From: the human T2T-CHM13v2.0 reference genome, Homo sapiens
Length of the DNA: 64,000 nt
Assembly (NCBI GenBank): GCA_009914755.4
Contig: CP086569.2
Location: 8,512,001 to 8,576,000, forward strand
Direction: 5' to 3'
Shown piece by piece: positions 1-15,263 of this stretch; position 1 is the first letter of the stretch, and each line of letters starts with the position of its first letter. The notes beneath the pieces were generated by a model that searched no databases, had not been told where the DNA came from, and saw only the letters and a program-made list of their open reading frames with translations. The position numbers and the translations under genes were made by a program.

Positions 1-91
1 TATGGTTCTTGTGTCCTCATGTTTAAATATGACTTTCATTAAAATGTACAAATACATTTTAAAAATATGATATGACAGTGAACAGCATAGT

Positions 92-985
<894 letters not shown>

Positions 986-1827
986 CATTTTCTTTTTAAT
1001 TGGCATAATAAATACACATATTTATTGGGTACTATATGATGTTTTATACATGTGTATATCATATAATGATTAAGTCAGGATAATTGGCATTTGATTTATT
1101 TCTATCATCTTATTTAGTATTTCCTATTTGTCCCACTTTTATAGTTTTTCTTCTTTCATAGTTGATTACTTTTGGTTTGATCATGATTCTTTCCCATTGT
1201 TTCATTTTTTGTTGTACTGTTCTAGAAGTTGTACATTCTATTTTGTTTATTTAGTAGTTGAGGAAATTTAATATGTATTTAAAATATCAAAAATTCTAAA
1301 ATTAATAACATCTGTCTCTTACGTTATATGAAAATGTTAGAATGCTTGAACTCCAATCAAAACATCCCAAATTATTTACTCTTATTATTCAGTATTTTCA
1401 GATTTGTTTTGATTTTCTGTGAAGATATAGTCTTTCTTATTAACATAAAATAAATAAAAATATATTTTATTAAATATTTTTTATCTTACATCATTTTAAT
1501 CACATAATGTTCAAGTAAGTATTTTGATAAATCAGCATTTGTCCTGCTGACTTTTGTTGAACATTCGGATGGTTTCCAGACTACACTAATGCCAACAATA
1601 GTCTTAGTTGGCTGAAAATTACTTAAAAGTAAACCTAATAGCTCACAATAACAGTTAAATTTTGACAATTTAACATCATTCTATATGAAGCAGTGCAAAA
1701 ATATATCAGGAAACTGAACCTCTAAAAATAAATAACTTGGTCAAGTTCAAAGGGCTATTAAGTGGTAAAAGTGGGCTTTGGACCCAGATAGTTTACATTT
1801 TGAGACATACAGCAAAAATGTGGAAAT

Positions 1828-1829
<2 letters not shown>

Positions 1830-1865
<36 letters not shown>
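1830..1865. repeat. (CA)n microsatellite, about 18 units.
   Basis: Direct reading: acacacac... Confidence 0.95.
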
Positions 1866-1867
<2 letters not shown>

Positions 1868-1914
1868 TTCCAAGTTCTACTTAAGGAATAAAAACTGATG
1901 TAAAGCTATTCTAA

Positions 1915-1944
1915 GACACACACATACACACACACACACACACA
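1915..1944. repeat. Imperfect (CA)n microsatellite.
   Basis: Direct reading: cacacatacacacacacacacacacaa. Confidence 0.85.
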
Positions 1945-4111
1945 AATATCAATTAGTGACAAAAATGTGTGAAGTAGGAACATTCATTTTTGACCTATTG
2001 TCTTGAGTCTTCATTATCCCAGTGTTTCTCTTTTTGCCAAGCCTTTATCACTGCAGGCTATTTTGGACAATTGGACAATTTGCTTTCAAATATCTTTTCT
2101 TACCAAGGAAACACCATTGAGTGATTACAGTTCACATTGCCTAATTCTTAACATTTCTATTATACAGACATATCTGATGTAAACTTTAGGCCTCTCCAAC
2201 AAAGGTATTTTCTCAGTCACAAAATAGATATTCATTATAAAGAGAGTTGCATTTTATGAAAAGGAAATCTTCACTTTCTAGTTTCCATTGAAATTGAATT
2301 AAATGAACATGAAGATCTTTTATACCACTATTTAGAAACATTCCTCTAGCATGACAATAAGAATACCTATAATATAATTTAATTGTAGATATGAAGCTTG
2401 AAATAAAAGTGCTTAAAATATTGACTACTTTAAACTGAAGACAGAAAATTGATTGACTTAGGAAAAAATATAGATTTTGAAATTTAATTTTACTAAAATT
2501 TGCACCATCTTATTTATTTTTCCATTGGCTACACTTTGTATCACAGACCATTAAGTATGATTTCAGACTTTCATGAACAACAATTTAAACACATTTGAAA
2601 ATAAGATATGCATTTTATAAATTAAAGTATCTCCCACTCAACCTAAGGTGAAAGACACTTATAGCCAGAACACCAAAATTTAAGGAGCAAGAAAACAGGA
2701 ATTTTTGCCTATTTGTTCACTACTACAATTGTAGTTTCTTGGATGTACATGGCCCACAGTATGCACTCAGTAAACATTTCTTGAATGAATACACACGTGA
2801 ATAATTATTTATCAGCATTCACTATTTGGTGCATATTAATTGTGTGTTATGAATTAAAAAAGGACCCAAAGTGCCTGGTTCTACAGCAGCAGTTTTCAAC
2901 AGATGGGCTAGCTGCTCCAAGAATATAACTGGGGCAGGAATTGTAGTTCAAAAAACTTCCCTTGATGATTCAGCATTACAACCATGCTTTACAAGTTTTC
3001 CCGGTATCATAAGGGCAAGCCAGTTAATCAAGTTTCTCTCAAAATAGATTTAATTTTTTTTCTATTTAATAGTGATTCTGAAAGTCCTGAGTATGGTCTA
3101 GCATGTCTGATAGCATTTTCTCATTGTGAATCAGCTTTTGTCCTTTATTCAATAAAATTGGTCTGTCTTGTGCAGTAGCATATGTGGAAAGAAATTGCTA
3201 GGCTGTTGTATAGGGTCAACTAGGATGAAAGGAGATAGCAGGCAGAATGTTAACTAATGGTGGATACAATTACTAATATCGGAAGAGCCATTTTAAGCAT
3301 TCCATTTGTGTGTTCACTGATTTGCAGATGTTCTGGAAAACATCCTGTTATTTCTTTTTTAGTGTCTGAATAAAGAGACCATTCTAATCATTTTAAAAGC
3401 TTTTCATTATAAAAAGTTTGAAAAGAAGCTGGGTTTTATTAACAGCTATTGAATATATACATTTTGAAAAAAATATATTTTTGAATAGTTTTCTTTGCCC
3501 TTCTCATAGATAACTTGGCAACATTGTGCATTGTTTCTCAAAGGGAAATGTAGATTTAAATAAATACAAGTATGCCTCAATTTATGAAGTCCCGATTTAT
3601 GAAAACATGAATTTAAAAACTCAGTTGGTTCGTTAAATTTTCTGCCTAGAGACAATCTTTCTGTTCCGGAAAATACAGCAAGACCTAATAGAGATCATAG
3701 AGACAAATTTTTGCTTTTCTGTCTTTGTGTTGCCTTATAAAATCAGACTATATCACCCTTGGGCTCAATTTTCTTATTTGTAACATAAGACACAAAGAAT
3801 TCTCTAACAAGCATCAGTGAAGTAGTTAAAGCCTGATCAAATTGTATTATAAATAATTGTTCCCAATGGCAGTTTTGCTACTACTACACCTTCTGAAGTG
3901 CTATTTAATATTTTAGATACTATGACCCCACCTTTAGATACTCTGGAGGTCTGTAGTTTTGCTAAATATTTTGTTAAATATACTCTCTATATGAATCTCA
4001 TGGACCCTTTTGCCCAAAGACCAAAATTTTGGAACCCCTGTTTTGAAAACTTATGAGAGCTATTGAATTGACCACAGACATATATTGGTCAAATTTAAAA
4101 ACAGACTTTTT

Positions 4112-4419
4112 GGCCAGGTGTGGTGGCTCACGTCTGTAATCCCAGCACTTTGGGAGGCCAAGGCAGGTGAATCAACAGAGGTCAGGAGTTCAAGACCAGC
4201 CTGGCCAAGAGGGTGAAACCTTGTATCTACTAAAAATACAAAAATTAGCCAGGTGCAGTGGTAGGCACCTGTAATCCCAGCTACTCAGAAGGCTGAGGCA
4301 GGAAAATTGCTTGAAGTCGGGAGTCAGAAGTTGTAGTAATCCAAGTTCATGCCTCTGCACACTAGCCTGAGCAACACAGTGAGACTCCATCTCAAAGAAA
4401 CAAACAAACAAACAAAAAA
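4112..4419 (+). mobile_element. Alu, sense orientation, with an (AAAC)n/A-rich tail.
   Basis: ggccaggtgtggtggctcacgtctgtaatcccagcactttgggaggccaaggcagg ... gagactccatctcaaagaaacaaacaaacaaacaaaaaa. Confidence 0.95.
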
Positions 4420-6831
4420 TAGACCTTTTATTGTATGTCTTTTCATGTAGCTGATTTGATTATTCGTTTATATTAATTTATATGTAATACTGCAAGTAGA
4501 CATTGTTGAATAATTATTTTTCCTTTCTTTTTCTTATTTCATATAATCTAGTTTGGTTCACTTTTTAGATGTGGAATAACTGAATCAAAGGCTGAGTGTT
4601 GCCAGGCATGTTGATACTAAGTACAGGGCTACTAAGTAGAAAGGAAGCATTTACTTGGACAAAAGATTTTAATAGTGTTTAAATGCAATATTTTAAAACA
4701 AAATTATAGCAAAAACCTGTGATGAACGAAATCACATTTCAAATAAAGACAGGATCCAATTTCCTCATTTTGCCTCAGGTTCCAATGTGACTGTGGACAG
4801 CACTCCTGCCAACATCATTTGAATATTATCATTTCTGAGGACACTTACAAATTTGACAGGTGGAAAATAATCTCTTCATATCATTATTTGTCTCATATGA
4901 ACATATTTATGCCCATCTTTATACCACAATGGCAAAGTAAAGTATAGTGTCTTTCCGATCACATGTAACATGGCAAAATGATGTAAATTTCAAGCAGGTG
5001 AGAAAAGGTAGGTGATGCTCTTTTGTCACTGTAATTCTTTCTGTATTTGTTTCATATTGTTCAAAACTAGGTGTTTGTTCTATACCAGTTCATGATAGTT
5101 ATGTTCTTGGTGGATTGTTGTTTTACTAGTGTGCACTCTCTGTCTGTGTTCACATTAATGCTTTTTCACTTTCAATTCAATGCTTTTTCACTTTTGATTC
5201 TATTTTGCTATATATTAACATTTATTTGATTTATTTGTTAATTTACTTGATATTTTATTTTAAACTTGTTATTTTGTTTATATATGACTATAGTAAATAG
5301 TCTATAGAAGGAATTATTTTGTTTCTGATTTGAATGCTTGCCTTTTAATAGGCATGCTTGATTTATTTCCTTTTCCTGAGATCACTGGTCTGTTTTCATG
5401 TGTATTTGTATATACCATCTTCAGCATCACATCTGTTTTCCTTTCCTGTTTCATTTTGGATTGTGGAGCTTACTCCATGCACTTCTCTATTAGATTAAAC
5501 TTTTATTTTCTAGTCTTTCTCTAATTTTCCTTATATTTTTAACATTTAAACAAAACTCTGAAACTACTGGGACAACTGGCTATATACCTGTAATATAGTG
5601 AAGTGTGATCTCTATCTTAAACTGTATATAAAAATTAGAGGTCTCAAGATGCATTGTAGACCTAAATATGTGCTGAAAATGTTCTAAAAGTAGAAAGTTG
5701 TGATGTTTGCATAATTATGTGAATGTACTTAAAAACACTGAATTGTAAAGTTTAGAAGGGTGAGTTTTATGGTACTTTATCTCAAAGCTTATATTAAAAA
5801 TCTAAAATTACTATGTCTATCTTTCTAAGACAGCTTGCTGTAATATCTTGATTTTCTTAATTTAGATTTTCCTTTTGCAATGTTATCTCTTTCATGAATT
5901 TCCTTTTGTGTTTTTTGATGGAGGGTTGTCCTGACTGGGAGGTGGCTGTTTTATTTTGTTTCAAATCATACATTTTCCTCCACATTTAGCAATTTCATTG
6001 TTGCTTCTGCTACACATTTTGGATTTGGAGACTCAAAAGAGAGCCACATGAGCAGTTTGGAGCTCTTTATTTGTATAACACAATCCTAGTCACTATGTTT
6101 GTGTGCAATTCAGGCTGGGTCCTAATTTCGTAGCAGCATCTCAGCTTCCTTCCTGTTCCACAGTCAGCTTTCAATGGACAGCTACATCTCCTAAACAAGT
6201 CAGAGAGCACAATTCTTAGCCCTGGCTTAATGAAGGAAGCCTGGTTTTGCTATCCAACCACTTAAGGGATGAGGTCACTCTCTGTTACTGCAGGACACTA
6301 AAACTAGACCCCTGCTGCTTGTTTCTGATTTTGGTGTCTTTCACCTTTAGTTAGTGTTCTGGACTGTGAGTTTCCCCTTTCCCGGGCACACAGTACCATT
6401 CTGTATCAGTGTAATTAGGCATTCTAAAAATATTTTTAAAATGCACACATGGTCCCATGTTTTCAGTGAAGGACAAACTTTTAGCATATGCTCAGTCATC
6501 CACCTTATGTGGGAAACTAATCAAGGTTAGAAGTATGTAGCTAGAATTCAGCTAATATAAAATACTAAGAAATAGTGGGCATAACCTAATATTATTACTT
6601 AAGTATGATTACTACTAATGAAGATGAACATTTCCCTATATTGTTGTTAATGTTTTATATTTTATTTTAGTAAATTAGGTTTTAATATTCTCTTCCACTG
6701 TTGTCTTTTTGAAACTTGCTCTTTTCCTCATCGGTTCTTATGAGCTACAAATATGGTTCACTTTATTTATATTTTGACATTTAATTTAGTTTTTAAATAA
6801 TGTTCAAGGTAGTTTAGTTATTGGTCAATTA

Positions 6832-7340
6832 TGGAATGAGACCCCACTTCTGTTGTCCTTCCCAGCCTCTCCCCCACCTCCCCTTTTCCCTAGTTTATAA
6901 GCAGGAGAAAAGGGAGAAAGCAAAACGTTGGAAGGAAACAGAAGTAAGACAAATAGTTAGATGACCTTGGTGCCAACACCTGGCCCTGGTGGTTAAAATA
7001 ATAATAATAACAATAATAATAATAATAATAATAACCCCTGACCAAAACTACTGGTGTTATCTTTAAATTCCAGACATTGTATGAGAAAGCCCTGTAAAAC
7101 TTTTTGTTCTGTTAGCGGATGTATGTAGCCCCCAGTCACATTCCTCGCACTTACTTGATCTTTTATGAACCTTTCACGTGGACCCCTTAGAGTTGTAAGC
7201 CCTTAAAATGGCTAGGAATTTCTCTTTTGGGGAGATCAGCCCTTAAGATGCGAGTCTGCTGATGCTCCCAGCTGAATACAAACCTCTTCCTTCTTTAATC
7301 CGGTGTCTGAGGAATTTTGTCCATGGCTCATTCTGCTACA
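6832..7340 (+). mobile_element. Provirus 5' LTR (LTR2-like), containing an (AAT)n run at about 6993-7033.
   Basis: Homologous to 15052-15568, about 90% identical over the 155 bp I compared by eye (roughly 15 differences). It ends in ...ctgctaca, 5 nt before the PBS. Confidence 0.85.
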
Positions 7341-7345
7341 TTTCT

Positions 7346-7363
7346 TGGTTCCCTGACCAGGAA
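7346..7363 (+). promoter_or_regulatory. Retroviral primer-binding site complementary to the 3' end of tRNA-Glu.
   Basis: tggttccctgaccaggaa compared with the expected TGGTTCCCTGACCGGGAA (one mismatch). Confidence 0.75.
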
Positions 7364-7975
7364 GCAAGGTGATCAATGGATGATCGAGGCAGCCCTTCAG
7401 GTGGCTTAGGCCTGACCTGTGGAGTATCCTTGTGGGGAACGCAGGCCAGCTTGAATGAGAGCAGATCATGAGAGTGCTCCTGGGCAGGCAATTGCCCCAG
7501 TGGAATGTCTCACCAGAGCAGTGCATGGCAGGCCCCCGTAGAGGATCAAGGCAGTGGCTGAACACTGGGAAAGAAATGGCAGTTTAAGTCTGGATATCTG
7601 ATACTTGGTAAGACTGGTCTTTGGAACTAGCCCACTCCATTTGAGTGGAAGCATGGCCTGATCACCCATGGCGTGCCTGTGCCAGTACTTTGGTTTTTGT
7701 TTTCAACTTGACTTGAATTGTTTGATACTTTCGTTTTGGTTTTTACCTGGTTTGGATTTCTGGATATTGTGATTTTGGTTTTGATTCTGGTTTGGTGTAA
7801 ACTGGAAAAGTGTGTGTGTGCCCTTTTTACCCATTCTTTGTTCTGTGGTATGCGTGTGGTGTGAGTTTGGTGTTTTGTCTCAAGGTAACATGGATCAGAC
7901 ACAAAGTAAGCCCACTCCGCTAGGAACTATGTTGAAAATTTTAAGAAGGGATTTAATGGAGACTATGGGGTTACT

Positions 7976-9544
7976 ATGACACCAGGGAAATGTAGAACTT
8001 ATTTTGAAATAGATTGGTCAAAATTAGAAGTGGGTTGGCCATCAGAAGGAAACCTGGAGAGGTCCCTTGTTTCTAAGGTATGGCACAAGGTAACTGGTAA
8101 GTCAGGACACTCAGACCAGTTTCCATACATAGCCACTTGGTTACAGCTGGTGCTAGACCCCCCACAGTGGCTAAGAGGGCAGGCAGCAGCAGTGCTAGTA
8201 GCAAAGGGACAGATTGCCAAGGAAGGATCCTACTCCACCCGCCGAGGGAAATCAACTCCTGAAGTTCTGTTTGACCCAACATCAGAAGATCCCTTGCAGG
8301 AGATGGAACCAGTGATCCCAGTGGTGCCCTCCCCTTACCAGGGAAAGATGCTCCCCACTCTTGAGCCCACAGTCCTTGTGCCTCCACAAGACAAACATAT
8401 CCCTAGGCCACCCGGAGTAGACAAGAGAGGAGGTGAAGCCTCGAGAGAAACCCCTACATTGGCAGCTCGTTTAAGACCCAAAACTGGGATACAAATGCCC
8501 CTGAGAGAGCAGTGGTATACTGGGATAGATGAGGATGGTCACATGGTGGAGAGGTATGTTTTTGTGTACCAGCCCTTCACCTCTGCCAACCTTCTCAACT
8601 GGAAAGACAATACCCCATCCTATACTGAAAAGCTACAAGCTCTAATTTATTTGCTCCAAACTATTATCTAGACCCATAACCCCACTTGGGCTGATTGCCA
8701 CCAGTAGCTCATGTTCCTCTTTAACACAGATGAAAGGCAGAGAGTGCCCCAAGCAGCAATTAAGTGGCTAGAGGAACATGCATCGGCGAATTACCAAAAT
8801 CCCCAAGAATATGTAAGGACCCAGTCACAAAGAACCGACCCCAGTGGGACCCAAATGAAAGAGAGGATATGCAAAGGCTAAACTGATACAGGGAAGTTCT
8901 CTTGGAAGGATTAAAGAGGGGAGCCCAGAAGACCACAAACACTAACAAGGTCTCTGAGGTCATTCAGGGAAAGAAGAAATTCCAGCACAATTCTATAAGA
9001 GATTGTGTGAGGCCTATCATATGTTTACTCCCTTTGATCCTGATAGCCCTGAAAATCCCGCATGATTAACATGGCTTTATTTAGTCAAAGCACAGAAGAC
9101 ATTAGAAGAAAACTGCAGAAAAAGGCTGGGTTTGCAGGGATGAATACATCACAGTTATTAGAAATAGTTAACCAGGTGTTTGTAAACAGGTATGCAGTAA
9201 GCCATAAGGAAAACCACAAAGAGAATGAATGTCTGGTCCAGTGAAATGCTGTCCTGTTAGCTGCAGCAATCAGAGGGGTCTCCCCAAAGAGGCAAGGGAA
9301 GAGGGGGCCTGGGAGAGAAACTCAGCCTGGCTGTCAGAGCTTGCAGCATAACCAGTGTGCTTATTGTAAAGAAATAAGACATTGGAAGAACAAATGTCTA
9401 CAGCTAAAAGGAAAACAAGGTGACTCAGACCAGGAGGCCCCAGATAAGGAGGAAGGGGCCATGCTCAACCAGGTTAGAAGGGTTATTGGACTGAGGGGGA
9501 CCGGGCTCAAGGGCCCCGTCTTTAGGGGCATATGGTCAGGATGA
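7976..9544 (+). pseudogene. Retroviral gag remnant. The MA/p12 ORF (7976-8671, 231 aa) is open. CA runs about 8700-9244 and carries frameshifts. The NC zinc knuckle CAYCKEIRHWKNKC is at about 9356-9400.
   Basis: ORF translations. CA-like ...ALFSQSTEDIRRKLQKKAG... matches the MLV CA C-terminus, and the CX2CX4HX4C knuckle is present. Several stops interrupt the CA-coding stretch (about 8680-9060 and at 9242). Confidence 0.75.
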
Positions 9545-12420
9545 CAGTCCGAGGTAAAGACACTGATTTTCTTGTAGATACCGGTGCTGAACATTTGGTA
9601 GTACACTCGGACCCAGCTTCTCCAAGGGTCCAAGAACTCTCCCACCATCTTCAGGGAGGCATTGGCTCAAGACCTCCAGAAGTTTCCCACCAGAGACCTA
9701 GGCTGAGTGTTGCTCCAGTAAGTTGATGACCTGCTGGGACACCCCATGACAGTCGGGTGCACCAAGGGAACGGATGCCCTCCTCTGGCACCTGGAGGACT
9801 GTAGGTATAAGGTGTCCAAGGAAAAAGCTCAGATCTGCCAACAGCAGGTACATTACTTGGGATTTACTATCTGACAGGTGTAGCACAGCCTGGGATCAGA
9901 AAGAAAGCAGGTCATTTGCCGTCTACAAGAGACTAAGACCAGAAGGCAGGTGAGAGAATTCTTAGGAGCTGTGGGTTTTTCCAGACTGTGGATCCCAAAC
10001 TTTGCAGTATTAGCCAAGCATTTGTATGAAGTCACAAAGTGAGGCGGTGTGGAGGGGGGTGGGGGTGCCGGGAACCATTTGAATGTGTTATACCCAAGCG
10101 AGTTAGAGAAAACTCCACACTTTGAGATGAATTAAGAGTCCTTTATTTAAGCTGGTGGCCAAAGAGACAGCTAATGCTCAAAATTCTCTCAGCCCAGAGA
10201 AGGGGCATGATTAACTTTTATACCTTGGTTTAGGGAGGGGAGGGAAGTTTAAATGCAATAATTCTACAGAAGTAAAAACATGCAACAATCAAAAAAAAAA
10301 AAACAAATGCTTACAGAGAGATAAACAATTTAAAAGACAACTGGTTACAAGAAAAGGAAAGGGAACCAGGTGCAGGGCTCTAAATCCTTCATTAGAGTTA
10401 GATATGGATGCTATGCTGGACACAGACTCAAGGCTTTATGTTGTTATCTCTTTGATCAAAATCCTGGGAAATTCATACATTGTTTGTTCCAGTACCTTAT
10501 CAGTTAATTGGGTTCCTTTGAAATGATGAGGATCTGCTTACACAAGTTAACTCCTTGAGGAAGGGGGTTGGGTAAGGAGCGCTTAGTGTCTTGTAAATCA
10601 CAGGGCCAAATGGAGTTCATCCAGCGTTCCCAGCTTAGAGAGAGTCTATTTACATGGGAAACAAGGCTAGGTAATTACAGAGACAAAAAGGGAAAATTTA
10701 AAAATAGTGAGTTAGAGTAAAAACAAGGTTAGGCATTACAAATGGGGATCCCAACAACAGTAAGCCTTTCATGAGTTACAGGAAAGACTTATGTCAGCCG
10801 CAGCCCTGGGGCTACCAGATCTGACATTTACATCTTATGTGTCAGAGAGAGAAAAGATGGCAGTTGGAGTTTTAACCCAAACTGTGGCGGCCTGGCTGCG
10901 GCCAGTGGTCTACCTCTCTAAACAACTAGATGGGGTTTCTAAAGGATGACCCCTGTGTTTGAGGGCCTTGGTAGAAACTGCCCTGCTAGTACAAGAGTGG
11001 ATAAGCTGACCTCGGGTGGAACCTGAACATAAAGGCCCCCTATGCTGTGGTGACTTTAATGAATACTAAAGGACATCATTGGCTAACCAATGCTAGACTC
11101 ACCAAGTACCAAAATTTGTTCTGTGAAAATCCCCATATATCCATTGAACTTTGTAACACCCTGAACCCTGCCACCTTGCTCCCAGTATCAGAGAGCCCTG
11201 TGGAACATGACTGTGTAGAAGTGTTGGACTCAGTTTACTCTAGCAGACCTGACCTCCAGGACTAGCCTTGGGCATCAGTAGACTGGGAACTATATGTGGA
11301 TGGGGGTAGCTTCATCAACCCGCAAGGAGAGAGATGTGCAGGGTATGCAGTGGTAACCCTCAGCACTGTTGTTGAAGCCAGATCTTTGCCCCAGGGCACT
11401 TCAGCCCAGAAAGCTGAACTCATTGCTTTAATTTGAGCCTTAGAACTCTGTGAAGGTAAGACTGTAAACATTTACACTGACTCTCGGTATGCCTTTTTAA
11501 ACTCTTCAAGTGCATGGAGCATTATATAAAGAAAAGGGCCTATAGAACTCTGGGGGAAAGGACATAAAATATCAACAAGAAATCTTGCAATTATTAGAAG
11601 CAATATGGAAACCCCACAAGGTGGCAGTTATGCATTGCAGAGGACATCAGCAAGCTTCAACCTTGGTGGGCTTGGGGAATTCCTGCACTGACTTAGAGGC
11701 TCAAAAAGCAGCATCTGACCTCTTCCAGGCCTCAATCACAGCCCCCCTGTTCCCTCAAGCACCTGGTCTTGTACCTACTTATTCTAAAGAAGAAAAAGAC
11801 TTTCTCCAGGCAGAGGGAGGACAGGTGATAAAGGAAGGATGGGTTCGGTTACCAGATGGGAGAGTAGCTGTGCCACAGATGCTAGGAGCTGCAGTTGTAC
11901 TGGCTGTTCATGAAACCACCCATCTAGGTAAGGAGTGACTTGAAAAGTTGTTAGGCCAGTATTTCTACATCTCACACTTGTCAGCCCTCACCAAAACAGT
12001 GACACAGCAGTGTGTTACCTGACAACAGCATAATGTGAGGCAAGGTCCAGCTGTTCCACCCAGCATACAAGCTTATGGAGCAGCCCCCTTTGAAGATCTC
12101 CAGGTGGACTTCACAGAGATGCCAAAGTGTAGAGGTAACAAGTATTTACTAGTTCTTCAGTGTACCTACTCTGGGTGGGTAGAGGCTTATCCAACACCAA
12201 CTGAGAAAGCTCGTGAAGTAACCCATGTGCTTCTTCGAGATCTTATTCCTAGATTTGGACTACCCTTACGGATCGGCTCAGATAACGGGCCATCATTTCT
12301 GACTGACTTGGCACAGAAGATAGCAAAGTATTGGGGATCACAAGGAAACTACATGCCACTTACGGGCCTCAGAGTTCCAGAAAGGTGGAGCAGATGAATC
12401 GGAGTATCAAACATAGTTTA
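9532..12420 (+). pseudogene. Retroviral pro-pol remnant. It contains the protease (DTDFLVDTGAEH), RT, RNase H (YMDGGSF..., ...TDSRYAF..., ...VAVMHCRGHQ) and the integrase core (D..D..E region 12035-12397). It is broken by stops and by a roughly 650-bp non-retroviral insert at about 10090-10745.
   Basis: Motifs read from the six-frame ORFs. The RT connection/RNase H translations align to MLV Pol in my memory of that protein. Frame is lost repeatedly. Confidence 0.75.
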
Positions 12421-12960
12421 GGGAAAGTATGTCAGGAAACACGATTAAAATGAATACAAGCTCTCCCTATGGTATTATTTAAAATAAGATGTATCCCTTC
12501 TAAAAGAACAAGATGTTCCCCTTATGAAATGTTATATCATAGGCCCCCTACCATATTGTGGGGACTTCCAGGCACTCCCCAAGAGTTAGGTGAAATTGAG
12601 TTACAGCGACAGGTACAGGTTTTAGGAAAAATTACACAAACAATCTCAGCCTGGGTAAATGAGCGGTGCCCTGTTAGCTTATTCTCCCCAGTTCACCTTT
12701 TCTCCCCAGGTGATTGAGTGTGGATCAAGGACTGGAACATAGCCTCTTTGTGCCCACAGTGGAAAGACCCCAGACTGTCATCCTGACGTCTCCCACCACT
12801 GTGAAGGTAGAGGGAATCCCAGCCTGGATCCACCAGAGCCATGTAAAACCTGCAGTGCCTGAAACCTAGGAGGCAAGACCATGCCTGGACAACCCTTGCA
12901 AAGTGACCCTGAAGAAGACCACAAGCTCTGCTCCAGTCACTCCCGGAAGCTGGCTGGTCC

Positions 12961-14956
12961 ATGCACAGCCAAAGCATGAGGAATCTCATCGTGGGATTCA
13001 TTTTTCTTAAATTTTGGACTTATACAGTAAAGGCTTCAACTGACATTACTCAAACTGGGGACTGTTCCCAGTGTATTCATCAGGTTGCTGAGGTAGGAGA
13101 GCAAATTAAAACAATCTTTCTGTTCTATAGTGATTATGAATGTATGGGAACATTAAAAGAAACTTGTTTGTATAATGCCACTCAGTAAAATGTATGTAGC
13201 CCGGGAAATGACCAACCTGATGTGTGGTAAAACCCATCTGAGCCCCCTGCAACCACTGTTTCTGAAATAAGATGAGGAACTGGCCTTTTCCTAAGTGATA
13301 CGAGTAAAATAATAACTAGAACAGAAGAAAAAGAAATCCCCAAAGAAGTACATTTAAGATTTGATGCTTGTGCAGCCATTAATAGTAAAAAGCTAGAAAC
13401 AGGATGTGGTTCTCTTAACTGAGAAAGGAGTTACAGAGTAGAAAATAAATATGTTTATCACAAGTCAGGGGTTTGTGAAAATTGTGCCTTTTGTCCATGT
13501 GTTATTTGGGCTAGTTGGAAAAAGGACAAAAAAGACCCAGTTCATCTTCAGAAGGGGGAAGCCAACACCTCCTGCTCCGCCAGTCACTGTAACACATTAG
13601 AACTAATAATTACCAATACTCTAGATCCCCATTGGAAAAAGGGAGAATGTGTAACCCTAGGGATCAATGGGAGAGGGTTAAACCCCCAAGTTGCCATTTT
13701 TGTTTGAGGGGAGGTCCACAAGCGCTCTAAAAAATCAGTGTTTCAAAGCTTTCATGAGGAGCTGAATCTGCCAGAACCAGAACTTCCAAAAAAGCAAAAA
13801 AATTGTTTCTCCCATTAGCAGAAAATGTAGCTTATTCCCCTAATGTTACTTCTTGTTCTGTATGTGAGGGAACCACTATCAGAGACCAATGGCCTTGGGA
13901 AGCCCGAGAGTTGGTACCCACTGATCCAGCTCCTGATATAATTCCAGTTCAGAAGGCCAAAGCTAGCAACTTCTGGGTCCTAAAAACCTCAATTATTGGA
14001 CAATACTGTATAGCCAGAGAAGGAAAAGACTTTATCATCCCTGTGGGAAAGCTTAATTGTATAGGACAGAAGTTGTACAACAGCACAACAAAGACAATTA
14101 CTTGTTGGGCACTAAATCACACTGAAAATAACCCATTTAGTAAATTTTCTAAATTAAAAACTGCCTGGGCTCATCCAGAATCTCACCAGCACTGGACAGC
14201 TCCCGCTGGACTATACTGGATATGTGGGCACAGAGCCTACATTCGGTTACCTAACACACAGGCAGGCAGTTGTGCTATTGGCGCTATTAAGCCATCCTTT
14301 TACTTATTACCCATAAAAATGGGTGATCTTCTAGGTTTCCCTGTCTACGCCTCCTGAGAAAAGAGAGGCATAGTTATAGAAACTAGAAAGATAACGAGTG
14401 GCCCTCTGAAAGGATCATACAGTATTATGGGCCTGCCACATGGGCACAAGATGGCTCATTGGGATACCGAACACCCATATACATGCTCAATCATATCATA
14501 TGGTTTCAGGCCATCTTAAAAATAAGTGATAATGAAACTGGCAGAGCTTTGACTGTTTTAGCTCAGCAGGAAACCCAAATGAGGAATGCTATCTATCAGA
14601 ATAGACTGGCCTTGGACTACTTGCTGGCAGCTGAAGGAGGAGTCTGTGGAAAATTTAACTCAATCAATTGCTGCCTACAAACAGATGATCAAGGACAGGT
14701 GGCTGAAAACATAGTCAAGGACATGACAAAGTTGGCACATGTGCCTGTACAGATTTGGCATGAGCTTGATCCTGGGTCTTTATTTGGAAAATGGTTTCCA
14801 GCTATAGGAGGATTTAAAACCCTCATTATAGGTGTATTGTTAGTAATAGGAACTTGCTTGCTGCTCCCTTGTGTATTACCCTTGCTTTTTCAAATGATAC
14901 AGGTTTTGTTGCTACTTTGGTTCATCAGAAAACTTCAGCACACGTGTATTATATGA
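12961..14956 (+). pseudogene. Retroviral env remnant. SU runs about 12961-14350. TM runs 14459-14956 and has the immunosuppressive-domain-like [20 protein letters not shown], a CX6CC motif and a C-terminal hydrophobic anchor.
   Basis: ORFs 12961-13188, 13803-14357 and 14459-14956. The TM motifs are typical of gammaretroviral Env. Stops lie between the segments. Confidence 0.75.
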
Positions 14957-15037
14957 ATCACTATCGCTTTATCTCATGAAGAGACTCAGAATGTGAGGAT
15001 GAAAGTGAGAACTCCCACTAAGAAAGTAAATGTTCTC

Positions 15038-15050
15038 AAAGGGGGGAAAT
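15038..15050 (+). promoter_or_regulatory. Polypurine tract (aaaggggggaaat) immediately 5' of the 3' LTR.
   Basis: Direct reading. It directly abuts the start of the repeated LTR sequence. Confidence 0.7.
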
Positions 15051-15051
15051 A

Positions 15052-15221
15052 TGGAATGAGACCACCACTTCTCCTGTTGTCCTTCCCAGCTTCTCCCCCA
15101 CCTCCCCTTTTGTCTAGTTTATAAGGCAGGAGAAAAGGGAGAAACCAAAAAGTTGGAAAGAAACAGAAGTAAGATAAATAGCTAGATGAACTTGGCACCA
15201 ACACCTGGCCCTGGTGGTTAA

Positions 15222-15263
<42 letters not shown>

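Noticed and set aside
7680-7800. Short tandem-ish ttggtttt/gattttggtttt motifs in the provirus leader.
   Set aside because: This is a low-complexity leader region of the ERV between the PBS and gag. There is no evidence of function beyond possibly the packaging region, and it is too degenerate to call.
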